A stretch of 64,000 bases of DNA. It comes from Camelus dromedarius. Taxonomy: Eukaryota. Below are positions 40,590 through 54,178 of this stretch, one piece after another. Below the pieces are notes generated by a model. It saw only the letters and a list, made by a program, of their open reading frames with translations. It was not told the origin of the DNA and searched no databases. The stretch's first letter is position 1. Each line of letters begins with the position of its first letter. The stretch spans positions 11,720,001 to 11,784,000 of the forward strand of contig NC_087438.1 of the NCBI RefSeq assembly GCF_036321535.1. Direction: 5' to 3'. The translations under genes and the position numbers were made by a program.

Positions 40590-43540
40590 AGGTCTTCTGC
40601 TTGTGGCCATAACAAAGTAACTCGTACCAGACTAATCTCACCAGAAACAAGTATAAAACTGGACAAAATATAGGAAATTATTATTTTTAGATATTAGACA
40701 ACAGGCAACACAGAGCTGTGATCCCTGAGGGGAGCAGGGGACTCTTAAGATGAGAATCATTCTCGCAGCAGCTCTCCACCTGGAGGCATTTTGCAAACGC
40801 TGGTGTGGGGGAGGATGGAGCCCCAGCAGAGTGCAGACGTCTCCCTGGGTGGAGGCGGCAGATATCATAGCTCTGGGCTACAGAGGTGGCTGGAAATTGT
40901 GGGGCAGGAATGCGGAGAAGGGATCCATGCATAAAAGAAGCTCCAGAATTGTGCACATGGTTCCTCTTACTCTTTGATGCAACACAAAACTGTGTATGCA
41001 CAGGGCAGAATCCATAAGATGAGGCAAAAAACATCTACTGAAGAAAGTAAAACTACTGGGGAAATTTGAGTTGAACAACTGTTAGAACTCACCTAGGCTG
41101 GGAGATATTTGAATACTGACCAGCATGGAGAGATCTCATTAAATAACCTTGACATTCAATCGAGACTCAGGGAAAAGGACGCTAATCTAGTTCCACAGTA
41201 AAAACTACTCTAAAATGCCCCTAACGAAGCTTGAAAATTATCCCTGAATGAGTTAAGCCTAAGTAAGCTGCCTGCCTGCTGGAATAAAACTCAATCTTCT
41301 ATGAAGAAAGAATGTAAAAGCCAGCTCTTCAGCAACATAGCGCCCATAGTATCCAGCAAGTAACAAAACATTGCTACACGTTGTGACGAAGTGGCAAATG
41401 TGACGCGGCACCAAAGGAAGTCAGTCAATAGAAACATAAATTGTTTTATTTTTAGCGGCATGGGATAAATCTCATAAATCTTTGAATGTTTGGAAAGTGT
41501 GATAGCTTTTCTGGAAAGGACTATTTCCTAAAATAGATAAAGGAAAAAAATCTTATAAAGGAGTCAGAAAAAAAGGAAGACCAACTGCTAACCTTGTTAG
41601 AAACAACGTAAGCCAGACTACATTAGATTGACATCTTTAAAGTACTGAAAGGAAAAAATAAAATCTAAAATCTTGTAAAAATATCCTCCAAAAATTAAGG
41701 AAAAAGTAAAGACTTTTTTAAGCAAACAAATGCAGAAAGAAACTGTCACCAGCAGCCAAGCAATACAAGATATATATTAAAAAAAAAAAAAAAAAGAGAA
41801 GTCCTTCAGACCAAATGAAAATTGATACCAGATGGAAATTCAGTATACACAAAGAATGGAGAGCTCTAGAAAAATTAAATATGTAAATAAATATAAACTA
41901 TTTTCTCTTGCTGCTTAATTCCAGAGAAAATGGAAGTATACTGTAGTAAGTGTAATATATTATGTGTATGCATACACGTACATACTGTGGTAAGCAAAGG
42001 ATGAATATTGTAAGCTGAAGAGCAACTAATTTCAAAAAAGAAAGAAAGGAGAAGAAAAGAGATATAGCTGAAAAAACAGTAGAAGACATAAAGTGGAATC
42101 CTTAAAAATAATCCAGAAGGAAGCAAGAAATGAAGGGGAAAAAAAAAGATCTAATGGGACAAAAAAATAGCTAATATGAGATGGCATATTTAAACACAAT
42201 TCTTTGGTAATTGCTTTAAATACAACTGGATTCTAACTAAAAGGAAAGGATTATGAGATTGGATTTTTTAAAAGCAATATGCTGTTCATAAGAGAGAAAA
42301 TGATGGAAGAAAGTATACCTCTTAGATATTCATCAGATGAATACTGGGTTGGCTGCATTAATATCAGACAAATTCGACTTCAGGATAAGAAACATTTTTA
42401 GAGATAAAGAGGGGCATTCTATAATGAAAACATGATCATCAAGAAGACATTAAACTAATAAATGTGTGTATGGCTAATAGCATAAATGCAAAATACACAA
42501 AGGAAAAAAAAATGAATGGAACAAGATGGGTAAATAGGAAATTCCACAATTAAAGTTTTAGATTTCAATACTCCTTTCTCAGTAATAGATAAGTATACAA
42601 AACACTCTGTGTGGATATAGAAGACTTGAATAATGCTATCAAGTAACTTGACTAGCACAATACACATTTTTTTCCAAGTGATTATGGAGAATCCATCGAT
42701 ATAGGCCATATGTTGTGTCACAAAACAAACTACAGGAAAAAAATTAAAGAATTGAAATCATACAAGATATATTCTCTGACAAGTAAATTAAATTATAAAA
42801 TTATTTAGAAATAGATATCAAAAATTCCCAAATATTTGGAACTTAAGGAATCTATGTCTCAATCCCTGGTTTAAAGAAGAAATTTGAAAATATTCTTATA
42901 TGAATGATAATAAAAAAATAGCACTATCCAAATTTGTGGGATGCACTGTTCGGGAGAAATTATATATCTCTACTTGCCCATATAAAAAAGAGCTTTCTCT
43001 TTTAAAATTAAGATTTAAATTTTTAAATTAAAATCAATAGTTATTGCTTTTACCTTAAGAATCTAGTGAAGGATGTCTAAAACCAAATTAAGCAAAAGGA
43101 AGGAACCAGTAATGATAAGAGTGGGTATCAATGAAATAGAAAACAGATGAACAATAAAGAAAACCAAAATTTGGTTTATTGAAAATGTTAACAAAATTGA
43201 TAACCCCCTAGTTTAACTGATTAAGATAAAAATAGAGAAAGCACAAATCAACACCAAGAAAGAAAAAAAGAACATCCACAATGATCCACAGACATTAAAG
43301 GAATAATAAATTTTTGAATCACTTTATATCAATAAATTCAACAATTTAGATTAAAAGGCAAATTCCTTGAAAGCCACAAATTACTAAAACTGGCATGAGA
43401 AGACAGAAAATCTAAATAGTCTTACAATCATTAAAGCCATGTATTTGTATTCAAAACCTTCCCAAAGAAAACTCCAGACAACTTCATTCATGAATTCTAA
43501 CAAACAATTAAGGAAGAAATAATATCAATTTTACAAAATG
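40590..43540 (+). mobile_element. Old L1M (5' region, ORF1, ORF2 endonuclease remnants) interrupted at ~41437-41580
   Basis: A-rich; ttaatatcagacaaa, ttagatttcaatactcctttctcag, aacaaaattgataacccc. Confidence 0.85.
41437..41527 (-). pseudogene. Truncated pseudo-exon, internal repeat of the 39.5 kb segment
   Basis: cctttatctattttag acceptor; EIVLSRK/HTFQTFKDL*DLSHAAKNK vs KIVFSKKENHIYETFKNSDLFHVAKKK; flanked by L1. Confidence 0.6.
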
Positions 43541-43879
43541 TATGAAGCTCAAAATACTATTTATTCTCTGATTACACTGGTTTCATAGATTGGCTTAATC
43601 TCTAGATGATATGACAATCATAAAAATCTTGAAAATTGGGTTGAGGAAACAGATAAAACTAAATCAGAAGAAAAATCTGATTCAAGAACACCAGTGTTTG
43701 TTATTCTTTCCTGAGCCAGGCAGGAAGCAGAGAGCTGACAGAGTTCAGATAGATTTTACTAAACTCTGTCACAAGTTATCCTATGCTGAGTTGAAACTGT
43801 ATGATCCTAGTTACTGTCTCCTTTTTCTGTTCTCTTTCATATGAGTGATCGAAACTTTCTCTTTCTACTTCCTCTGCCA

Positions 43880-44700
43880 CCATTTCCAGCAAAGAGGCAT
43901 CTAACTCAGCCTGGATGTGGGGCAAGGCCAGGGAAACGTCTATGATGAGATGATGTCTATGTTAAGCCCAGAAGGGTGCACATGTGTTGTATGCAGAAGA
44001 AGCAGGCAAAAAAGCCAGGAAAGGCAGAATGGTCAAAGGCACAGGAATGAAAGCTGGCATTTAAAGAACTGTAAAAGGTTCCTGCATATTAAACCAAAGA
44101 GCAATGCGGGAGCAGGTTAGGTCAGAGATCACATCCTGAATGTGGCATGTTCTTGAGGATTTTATCTTCAAAAGCAGGAAGCTATTGAAAGATTGCAAAC
44201 ACGATCAAATTTGCACTGTTCAAAGGATAGTCGAATCGTGCATTGGGAGGAGGATAGACCTGTTTATCAGATATTGCAATAGTTCAGTGCAAGACAATGA
44301 GGGCCTGATTCAAATTAGAGACAGCAGAGAAACAGAGAAAGAGATACATCTGGATACAGAGGCAGAATCCATGGTATGTGATTGATGATTCAGTGTCAGG
44401 GGAGAGGAAGAGGCAGGAATCCAGCTGATTCCAAGGCTTCCTGCTCAGATGGCTGTGTGTATAGTGTGTCCTTCACCAAGATGGGGTCCCAGTAGGGACA
44501 AGGTACCTACCACTCTTGCAGTTGTGAACTACTGAGGTTTGAGGTGGAATGTGGAGGCCTAATAGGCGTTTGTATACATCTTGCACTCAAGAGAGAACAC
44601 TGGAGATGGACATTTGGGTTTCATCAGCACATAAATTGAATGTGCAACCAAGGCATACATAGAATGAGAAGAAAGATACGTGTGGCTGTTGAAGCCATAT
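43880..44700 (-). mobile_element. L2 fragment
   Basis: Purine-rich L2 antisense motifs. Confidence 0.55.
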
Positions 44701-44728
44701 GAATAGATGAATAGATTGTAAATTTTAC

Positions 44729-44869
44729 AATAGACTCTCTCTCCTCCATAAATGCCACTCCCAACACTTCATCCTTCTGGTCTTCCACCATCGTAATAAT
44801 ACTGCACCAAGTTCTGTAAAGCTGTAATGCAATCTTATAACCATTCTTCAATAAGACGCCATCAATAAT
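44729..44869 (-). pseudogene. Pseudo-exon (insert region), fully open
   Basis: ctctatctttactatcag acceptor, gtaaaa donor, 47 open codons IIDGVLLKNGYKIALQLY...MEERESI. Confidence 0.6.
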
Positions 44870-45429
44870 CTGATAGTAAAGATAGAGTGAAATTTACAAT
44901 GAAGCTGTCGACACTTAGCCTTCTATCATTTGGATGGACAGTTCTCTAGTATTTACAAAGGTAAGATTGTTTTATATTCTTTTTCTCAAAGAGGTCCCTC
45001 AAATTACATGAGTTGCAGCACACCTGTACCACCCCTGAATAAGGACTGTAATTCAAATGTTATAGACAATAAATTAGTAAAATTAATGTTTTTAATTCAG
45101 TAAATTACATTAGTAAATTTGAGAATTGGCTTTCACACTCAAGTCTTCTGACATCAGGGCCCCTGCCCTTCACTATGGCTGGAGTTCTCCACCCTGGCTG
45201 CACTCTTAAATTGCCTCGTGGCATCCCATGTCAAGAATACTGCCTTACGCTACCTCTGCTAACACTTCTTATAGTTACATACAGATTAACAATTTAAAAA
45301 AAATTTTGTTCTTGAGGAAATTTTCCAAAAGGCAAAATAGTAGAACAAAGAAATGAAGTCTTTGCATTAATTTTTTAAGTGATCAGTTCAGTTGTGCCAA
45401 ATCTTACGAACATTTAATCATACAAAGAT

Positions 45430-45831
45430 AAGCTGTTTCTTCTTATCTGGAGAAACTCTAATTATGGCAAGCAAACTATTTATATTTGTTCTGCAATCAG
45501 TTATTGATATTTTCTCTGACTTGGAATACATAATTAAATACCTAGCGACTCTCTGTGTTCTAATCTACATAAGTTTGAATCAAATTATTTTTATTCAGGA
45601 TTTATTACGTTGCCCTGTGAGTCTTCCATCAAGGACCGCCACCCTCACTGGCATCGTCACCTCACTGAGGTGTCGCCTCTTGCTACGTTCTAGGTATGAA
45701 GGAGAGAAGCATTTCCCTCCACAGCTGAGCTTTTATAAGGTTCCACTGCTTAGTTCAAGGCTTAACATTCTTTACGAAAGCTATGTTTTCAACTTACCTT
45801 TTCAACAATTAACTTTCATTTCTAATAAGGA
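45430..45831 (-). pseudogene. Possible pseudo-exon(s) (insert region)
   Basis: Strong acceptor ctcttgcttctctag at 45832-45833; donor ambiguous; LIMYSKSEKISI weakly resembles PMIYSSSSDIII of the 39.68 kb exon. Confidence 0.3.
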
Positions 45832-47561
45832 CTAGAGAAGCAAGAGCAATTTTATGTGAGAGAAAGTTTTTTGAATATATCCAAATTCCCCTGGATTCTT
45901 TGGGCAAAGAATCTGCTTTTGCTTTGTTACTCCCTGTATCTGCTTACAGTGACACTTCGTATTTTCCGTGAACAATTTTTTTTCTCACTTTAGGCAACTC
46001 AAAGGAACCTGTGATGTAGTGAATGGAGTGCCTGAGTGAAAGACAGATTCTGATCCAACTGAAAAGCTGTGTAAAACTGGCAAAGATGATTAAACCCTGT
46101 GCAACTCAGTTTTTTTTTTTAACTGTAGAATTAGAATATAAATATGCCTTCTGTCTAACTCACAGGGTTGGCCAATGACCAAATGTGATATTTATTGGAC
46201 AGGAAGATACTTGCTCTTGGGGAATCTTTGACTGCAAAATCTTTGAATACATGCAAACTTAGAAAGCTGCATTATGAGCTATGTTCCAAATAAACAATTT
46301 ATCCAACTTAGACTTTCACCGAAGTGTGGTAAACCACAAGAGGCCAGATATCTTTCTTTACTGATTGGAAATTATCATAGATATTCAGTATTTCCTTTCA
46401 TTTGAAAACTATCTTCCAGGGAGATATGTATATTACCATAATTTGAGAATATGATGTTTCTAAAGAGTTTAAAATCTGATTGACTTTGAGAAGTTCAAGG
46501 GCCACTATTGATTATTACATATGAATATCTATGAAATTAATTCCTTGTATAACATGATTTCTCGAAGTAACTGAAGTCAGTATCTCCAAATACGCGATAA
46601 AAATCACGGCAAAGGCTAAGGGTGCGTTGAAACGCAAGAGCCAAGACTGATACTCGCTTGGAGTCACTGAATGGGATGGGAAACCCAGACATTGTTTAAT
46701 AGACTAAACTTCTCATTTGACAGACATTGAAACAGAGATTAAGTGGTTCTGTCAAGCAGCTATTTTGTTGTAGGACTGGAGACTAGAATCCCTAAATCAA
46801 AATGCAGGGCTCTTTTAACTATTACCCACTAACCATGGAAATATTTCCCCCAAATTTTCACACTGAAATAGCAAATATTTACATTTGTAAGGAATAGGGA
46901 GAAAATAGGTTTTAAAAGCAAGAAGGCAAAGTGTTTAGATTTTATCAAAACCCTTAACGAGGCTTTCCATTGTATAGTTTGACATCATAGGAGGGATGTT
47001 CTACCAATATATTGCCTGAATTTTTGGTTCCAGCATAGATCTTTCCTCTTAGACTATTAAAGCGCAGTTAAAACTTATTTTATTTAGTTGCTTACTCATA
47101 TTTGCAGTACTGATCTTAAGTTGGGATTTAATTATAGAATGCATTATACCAAATTAATCTCATTGGAGTTCATTATTCTTATGTAGCAAATTTCAAAAAA
47201 TTAACTTAAAGGGGAAAAAAGAAGAGCAGAACAATCTCATATAAACTCTTTCCCAGTGGATCAATTCACTTTGAACTCCACTAAGCAGCCCAGTGAAGCA
47301 AACGTTTTCCTTTATTCAGGCCAAGCATTCGGGGGCACATTTTCAAAGAAATGATTAGCAAGATGTGAGCGTTAAACACTGTCAGTTCTGCAAAATTGCA
47401 TGTAGGGTATTCTGGACATTTTTAATCTGGACAAAATGTAAACAAGGGAAATCACCTAGAAAATTTAGCAAAAGCAAACCTAGTCGTGGCTTTGCCCCTG
47501 GGAGTGACGGAGGCAACATTATACGCTCTCGCCTGTGCTACAGCTGTTCCCAAATTCTTAC

Positions 47562-47716
47562 GTGGCAGTTGCAAAGAGGAATGCCTTCCTCATAAATGTT
47601 TAACTCCAAGGTTATGGCCCTTTCTTTAAGAAGTAGACCTCATCCCAGTTGCTCACTCTTAAGTGGGAACTGCAGTAGATGGATGAATACTTGAATTTCA
47701 AAATAGAATTCTTTCT
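47562..47716 (-). pseudogene. Pseudo-exon (insert region)
   Basis: ctcttctttatcag acceptor, gtaaga donor; one stop in 51 codons (KEFYFEIQVFIHLLQFPLKSEQLG*GLLLKERAITLELNIYEEGIPLCNCH). Confidence 0.55.
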
Positions 47717-49814
47717 CTGATAAAGAAGAGTTCCCAAGTAACATGATGGTAAGAGGGTCTGATGACACTTGAGTCCCAGTTCTAACATTGATGCTGGGGA
47801 ATCTCTCTACCCTCCTTGGGACTCGGTTTCTTCCTGTGTAATATGATGATCCCTGAGGCCCATTCTGTGCTAACTTTGAATCCTCCCAAATGTCCAACTT
47901 CATTGCTCAAAGCGGGCTGCCAAATTTTTCAAAACATCGAGGCTAAGGTTACACCAGAAGTCAGTATTTTATTTTGTTAAATTCAGTGCCACAACTCCCT
48001 GTGAATGAATAAATCAATCAATGAAGTGTGAATAGTGACACTACATGGGAGACAGGGGCATTAGGAGGCTGGATCTGCGGTCATTCATTGCAGAATGGCT
48101 AATAACCTAGATTACTATGAGGTGTGTCAGATTCAATGGCATGAATAAAAGGCATGCCTTCTAAAAAAAAATACTAATTTGAAGAAAATTATTTTTGTGG
48201 GGTATACTGTTTGCTTTTCTCTTTCTGTTTTATACCCACAGAAAAAGCAAATTATACTTTCACATAAAATTCACTCAGAAAACCAAAATATGACAGAAGG
48301 AATTTAACTTTCTGTAGTAGGACACATCTGGCGAAAGTTTCCATCCATTTTTTTTTTTTAAAAGCAAATCATCCCTTGCAATCACTATGATGCAGTCTAG
48401 AAAGAACACAGGACCAGGATATGGGAAAACCTGGATTTGTACCCCCCGGAGGAAGGGGTCACATCTTCCATGGTTTACCTGGCATTCTTAGAAGTTAGTT
48501 TGGTGCATGACACACAGTGAACGCTCCAAATGAGGACTTCTCTACAAAGTCTGCTGCCTCCTGTATGAGTGTCCTGCTCCGGGACACTTCTGGGAGCAGA
48601 AGCTGAGGCTGAGCTGTGTGCTACAGCTTCCTTGGGAGGTACAACCCCAAGGCATGAAAAATGAGGGAGAAACAACAGGAAGCAAACTGAAGGGGGTACG
48701 GATGCTACTGAGACAGTGACAGCTGATTCCCAGCACAGGATGCCATCCAAGTGGACTGTGTAGGAATCCCGAGCCTCAGATGCATCCACTAGGGGAGAGA
48801 AATTTGTTTTTCAGTTCCTACCTGTGCCCTGTCCCTCAATTCACCACCTGTGGCACTGACTCTCACACACCTAAGTGATGTTACCTGGCCGTGCTGGGCA
48901 GCTGCTGGAGAAGCCATAATGCATCGCCTCTGGCGCAGGGCCTCCTTGGAGCCCGGGAGTGGTGGGAGGAGGGAGGACCTGCGGCGAAGCACGGGGGCAG
49001 CTCTTCTTTCAGGGGCATTTTGGAGGCCATGCCAAAGGCCAACACCCCCAGAGCACCCACCCCACCAGGGTTGGGGTGTCAGTGAATCTCTCCACTGAGG
49101 AAGTGGCCGTGTCCCAGGAAGCAGGCAAAGCTAAGTGAATCTGGGAAGGTGATAAACTGGGTGAGGGACCGTGTGGCATTTTCGAAAACTATCTGACCCA
49201 GGTCTCAGTTTCTTCAGCTCTAAGATGCTGATCATTTATATCTCCTTTCAGGTCATAAAAGTATCATGAGGATAAAATGAGAGACACGTGACTTTCATCT
49301 TCTCATCACTCTCCTCCCTCCCTTGCCTCCATCCTGCAAACCTCCAACGTAGATAGACTGCACTCGTCCCCCAGCTCTATCACCAGGAGATGCTAAAAAA
49401 AAAATATCACAGCCAATCAAACTGTTACGCCAGCCTCAGGTAGGCCCTCCTCACTGACACCCAGCCTTGGTGTTTTTCCCATTAAGCTTCCTCTTCCTCA
49501 TTTTCCCCTCCACTCTCTAATCTCAGCCCACGCCCTTGGCCGGGAACAGGCCCAAATTTTGTAAGCCCCAGAGGTGATACACTATTGGGAATTCATTTTA
49601 AGAAAAAAAAATTAGAAATGTAAAATTTGATCTGAAAGTGAACATTGATTTTATTTTATTTTATTTTGAATATTGATTTTAAATGAGCAAAGAAAACACA
49701 CCAATACTAGGGACTCGGGAACCCAGGTCTGATTCTTCCGAGATCTCTTTAGACGATTTACCAGAAACGCTTACTAATTGCAACTTCATTTACCTTCCTA
49801 GCACAGAAGACCCA

Positions 49815-49975
49815 ACAGCAGCATTTCTCAAACCTCAAAGGACCTACAAACTTCTGGAGAACTTGTTAAAATGCAGATCTTGATTCAGTAGGTCTGGGTG
49901 GGCTCCGAGATTCTTCACTTTTGACGATGCCCGGGGCACGCCCAGGGGACACCACGAACCACACTTCAAGCAGAA
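49815..49975. mobile_element. MER5
   Basis: cttgttaaaatgcagat..tgattcagtaggtctggg. Confidence 0.7.
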
Positions 49976-50171
49976 AGGCTCTTAACTCCCAGCATTTGCT
50001 AAGGCAAGTGAGGGCTCAGGAAGCTAAAACCTCATTAACTTCATTGCCTTCAGGGGTAAACCACCCCACCCTTCCAACGCCTAGCAAAGGGGCAATTCAA
50101 AATGTTGCTGTAGGTGTTGACAAAGGAAGTAACTGTAGCAACTGGATAAAAGATCTTTTTCTAATTCTTAC

Positions 50172-50337
50172 TTTCCACACAACTGAAGGAGAGCCTAGCC
50201 CTTCCGTCAACCAATAGGTTATTTAAAATGACTTTTGATATACGCTCTTCGATTTTTGCCATAAACCTCCAGAAGGTGTTTAAAGAACTGAATGGCGCTG
50301 CTGGAGCACAAATACTTCCATACTCATCTGCTTAACT
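50172..50337 (-). pseudogene. Pseudo-exon
   Basis: cattttcag acceptor, gtaaga donor; SSAIQFFKHLLEVY...KSHFK*PIG lies at the position of RSLRYCDLRL...RTALEQELG. Confidence 0.55.
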
Positions 50338-50914
50338 CTGAAAATGTTTCTCAGGGACTATTTTAATAAAAGTGAAAAACAGAAAGAGCCTTGATGCAGA
50401 ACTCTGTCTCATTCTCACAAAAAATAATATGGAACCATGGATACTTAAATTACTTAAAAAAAAATTCCTTCATCTGTCTCTTTAACAAATACATATCTAG
50501 TAACTGTAACACGTTTAACAATAATTTATCAAATTGTATAATGCATCCTATTGTTTTGACTAATTGTATACAAATATTAATTGTGAAATAACTCAACCCA
50601 GAAGAAAAATATTTAATGCTCAGAAGTTTATGGTTATAGGACTTCTTAAAATTTAATTTCAGTGTCCATAATTTATTACAAATGTCACTCAAAAGATGAT
50701 TTCCAAACATAAAGTTATATTATGATAAAATTCTGCAGAAGAAATCAGATGGAAATAAGATTACAAGAGAAAAAGAATAACATAAAATTTCCATCTTGTT
50801 CATGAATATATTTTAAATAAATCACTGAATATCAAATTGTGATTCTATGTTGATTCCATAAGTATATTTTAAAAGAACTTACAACAGTTTATCTTCAAAT
50901 TTCTACATGCCTGT

Positions 50915-51680
50915 GATATTTTGATTTTTAGTAACAAATATACATGGGGTCTTCAACCCCAGTTCTGGCCCAGAACTCCTAAAACCTTTGGACTTCCTAA
51001 AAGAATGACAGAGGAGTGTTTTATCATATTAATGAGGTGGCTTTGGGCCCCTCCCCTAGGATGGGCTCTGATAGCAAGAGGAACCATGTGATTAGAGGGT
51101 TGGAATGTTTAGTCCCACCCCCTGGAACTCCAGGGAGGGGAGAGAAGCAGGAAGTTGAATTCAATTACCAATAGCCAGTGATTGAATCAATCGTGCGCAT
51201 GTAATGACTCCTCCAAAGCCCTGAAAGGATGGGGTTTGGAGATCTCCCACATTGGTGAACATGTGGAGATTTGAGGAGAATGGCGTGCTCTGAGAGGGTA
51301 TGGAAGCTCCAAGCACTTTCCCACGTACCTTGGCCACTATGTCTCTTCCATCTGGATGTTCCTGAATTAAACCAGTGATGAAGTAAGTAAAATGTTTCTC
51401 TGAGATCTGTAAGTCCCTCTAGTAAATTAATCAAACCCAAGGAGGAAGGTTGGGTCATTGGAGCCTCCAATCTATAGCACAGAAATATAGGTGACAACCT
51501 GGACTTGTGAGTCACATCTGAAGGGGGATGGGGCGCAGTATTGTAGGACTGAGTCCTCAGCTTGTGGAATCTGATGCTGTCAGATTCTGAGCTGAAATTC
51601 CGACACCTTGCTGGTGTCTGAAAATTGCTTTTGTTGCGAGTCACACTCCTACACACACATTGAAATTGGGCACAGAACCC
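50915..51680. mobile_element. MER21-like LTR
   Basis: agaactcctaaaacctttgg; gtgattagagggttggaa; taaattaatcaaacccaagg. Confidence 0.7.
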
Positions 51681-54031
51681 AAAAGAATGCCAAAATATGT
51701 ATATTTTGAAATTACTTAAAGCTGTGATGAAAGGTTGTCAATGTACAACTGTGCTGGGGACTCATCGTTTTCCAAAACTTCTTACAGCTTCTATGAGCAC
51801 ACGCAGTTTGGGGATCACAGCTCCGCACAAGCTACTCCACTTGTCCGTGGTTCCCTCTACCACCCACCCCAGTCTGGCTCTGCCTCACCTTCATCGATGC
51901 CACCCTTGCTCAAGTCACAAATGTTCGGCACTTGTATGACTTTATCTTGATTCATTAGGGCTGCAGTGACCCTATGTCCAAATAAAGTCATTTTCTGAGG
52001 TACTGGGATTTGGGACTTCAATATATCTCCTTGGGGAAACACAGTCCAACTCACAAGAGTGAACAAGTCTGTTTTCTTGGATAAGCCCTCAAAACCCACT
52101 CTCTTCTCTTCACTTTCCAGGTTCTCCGACCTCAGTGGTCCCTCATCCTGTTTCCTTTGCTGACCGTTCCTCTCTTACCTGGCCTCTCAATGTTGGAAAG
52201 ACAAGGCCTCCACTCTGAGCACACATCTCACTCTACAGTCTCTTCTTGTTGAGGTCATCCACGCCCAACACTCTGCCATCCCTAGACTGCCAATTGTCTC
52301 TTATTCCTGGCCTTGCCTCTGAGCCCCAGACCCAAATATCCAACTGTCTACTTAAAATAACCTCTTAGTTATCTCACAAACATCTCTCACCTACTGCTTC
52401 CCAAATTAAATTCCCCACTCTCCATCTGCTCTCCTTCCAGTCCTATCTCAGTAAGTAACACCCAAATACCCCCAGTTGCTCGAGCTCGTAATCTGATAAT
52501 CATCTGGGATATCTTCCTCCTTAAAATATATCTAGAATCCACAGAGCATTCTCGGGTTCCTTTGCCAATACTCTAAGCCACGCTACAACATCACTCTCCT
52601 GAAAACATTTCACTTTGGGTAAAATCCAAAGTCTATTCAAAGCTCTCAAGGTCTCACATGTCATAATTAATTATTTAGGCAAATGCACCTGTGTGAGACT
52701 TCACTGTTTATTTGATTAAAGCATAGACATTATGAAGTTAGAAGTCTGCTTGTAGACTTCAGTCTGGTAGAACTACGACTCTAATCATGATACTTTTATG
52801 GTCCCATAAGAGTCTCACCAATTTTTTATCTATTAGAAAATTTATTTCTGCATTCCTTTGGCTTTCTGATTCTATCAGTCTCTGTTTCACGAATTTTTGT
52901 TTGAATCAGCCTTCTGATCCTGCCGGTTCCCTCCTTCATTCATAAGAGCTCAGCTTTTGACACGTGCTCATTCTATATTTGAACAAGGACAGTGTTTTTA
53001 ACATCCCAAAAATTAGACTTTGTTTTGGAGATGGTTGTACACATCCAAGTGGACTCCTGAGCCAGAACCAATTCAACTGTGCTGGCCAGGAAGTTTTCCT
53101 CATGGGCCCGTCTTTTCTAGGCCCCTGAGCAGTTCTCCAGCGGCACTAGAACTGTACTTCGGCTGTTTCTTCTCTCTCTCTCTCTTTTTTTAACCTGTTG
53201 CCAAGTCCTTTCTTTTGCTTCCAAATCTGGACTAAATTTGATTCTGCTTCTGGTTTGTGTGGAAATCTGCAAGTTCTCCTTGTGTCTGTGCGGTTATGTG
53301 TTTACACGTAGCTGATGAGTTGTTAGAATGATGGCTGGGAACCTGGTTTCATAGTTTGACCATTTGGTGAAAGACGGCAGTTTCCAGTTTGTTAGTCTTT
53401 TCAGATATTTTGGCTACATGGGATCTCAAATCAATTAACAGAGAATAAGCTTTTTGGGGGAGAGCTAGACTGGTGAGGCTTTGTGTTTCTGTGCTGTCTC
53501 TGACCCGTGAGACTGGGCTTGTGTGACTGGGACCACAAGCTCTTTGGATCGCTGGGTGACTGACTGTAACCTTTACCACCTCTTAAATATTCTCCTGTCT
53601 CCAGAGGTTATTGTTAGATTTTAACACCTTTTAAATTAAAAACCTCTGTTCTGATTGGTTTATAGAAATAACATATGTTCTTGTTGAAACCAATTATTTA
53701 AAATTAATAAAAAAAAAATCAGTTATTTGCCAAAATTTCCAGAAAATAAAGAAACAGTTTCTAATATTTTATTATGTTAGCCTTTTAAGTAAAACAAAAA
53801 CAAAAACGAACTTATAGGAGAAACAGCCGGCTCAGAATTTTTAACATAGAAACTTGAGTTCCCATATGTAAGGTGAATCTTTGACAAGTCAGACTTGTTT
53901 TAATAATTTTGATTAAAAAAAACAATAGCAACTATATGTCTCTTCCCTGAAGTTATCACTTTGGCATGGGGCCAGGAAAGTTTTAGACAATTTTTTTTAA
54001 CAGACACAAGAAGGAAAATGAGAAAACACTC

Positions 54032-54115
54032 TTAGAAAAATATGTATGTATGTTCATGACTGGGACATTGTGCTGTACACCAGAAATTGAAACATTGTAA
54101 CTGACTTGCTTTGAT

Positions 54116-54160
<45 letters not shown>

Positions 54161-54178
54161 CGATCGATAAGAAAAGAA
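54032..54178 (+). mobile_element. Very short L1 3' end with (GATA)n tail and 11-bp TSD
   Basis: gggacattgtgctgtacaccagaaattg; TSD agaaaacactc at 54021-54031 and 54179-54189. Confidence 0.85.

Noticed and set aside
45392..45835. 147-aa plus-strand ORF
   Set aside because: Non-ATG start, no motif; antisense to a candidate pseudo-exon
51165..51656. 163-aa minus-strand ORF
   Set aside because: Lies entirely within a MER21-like LTR
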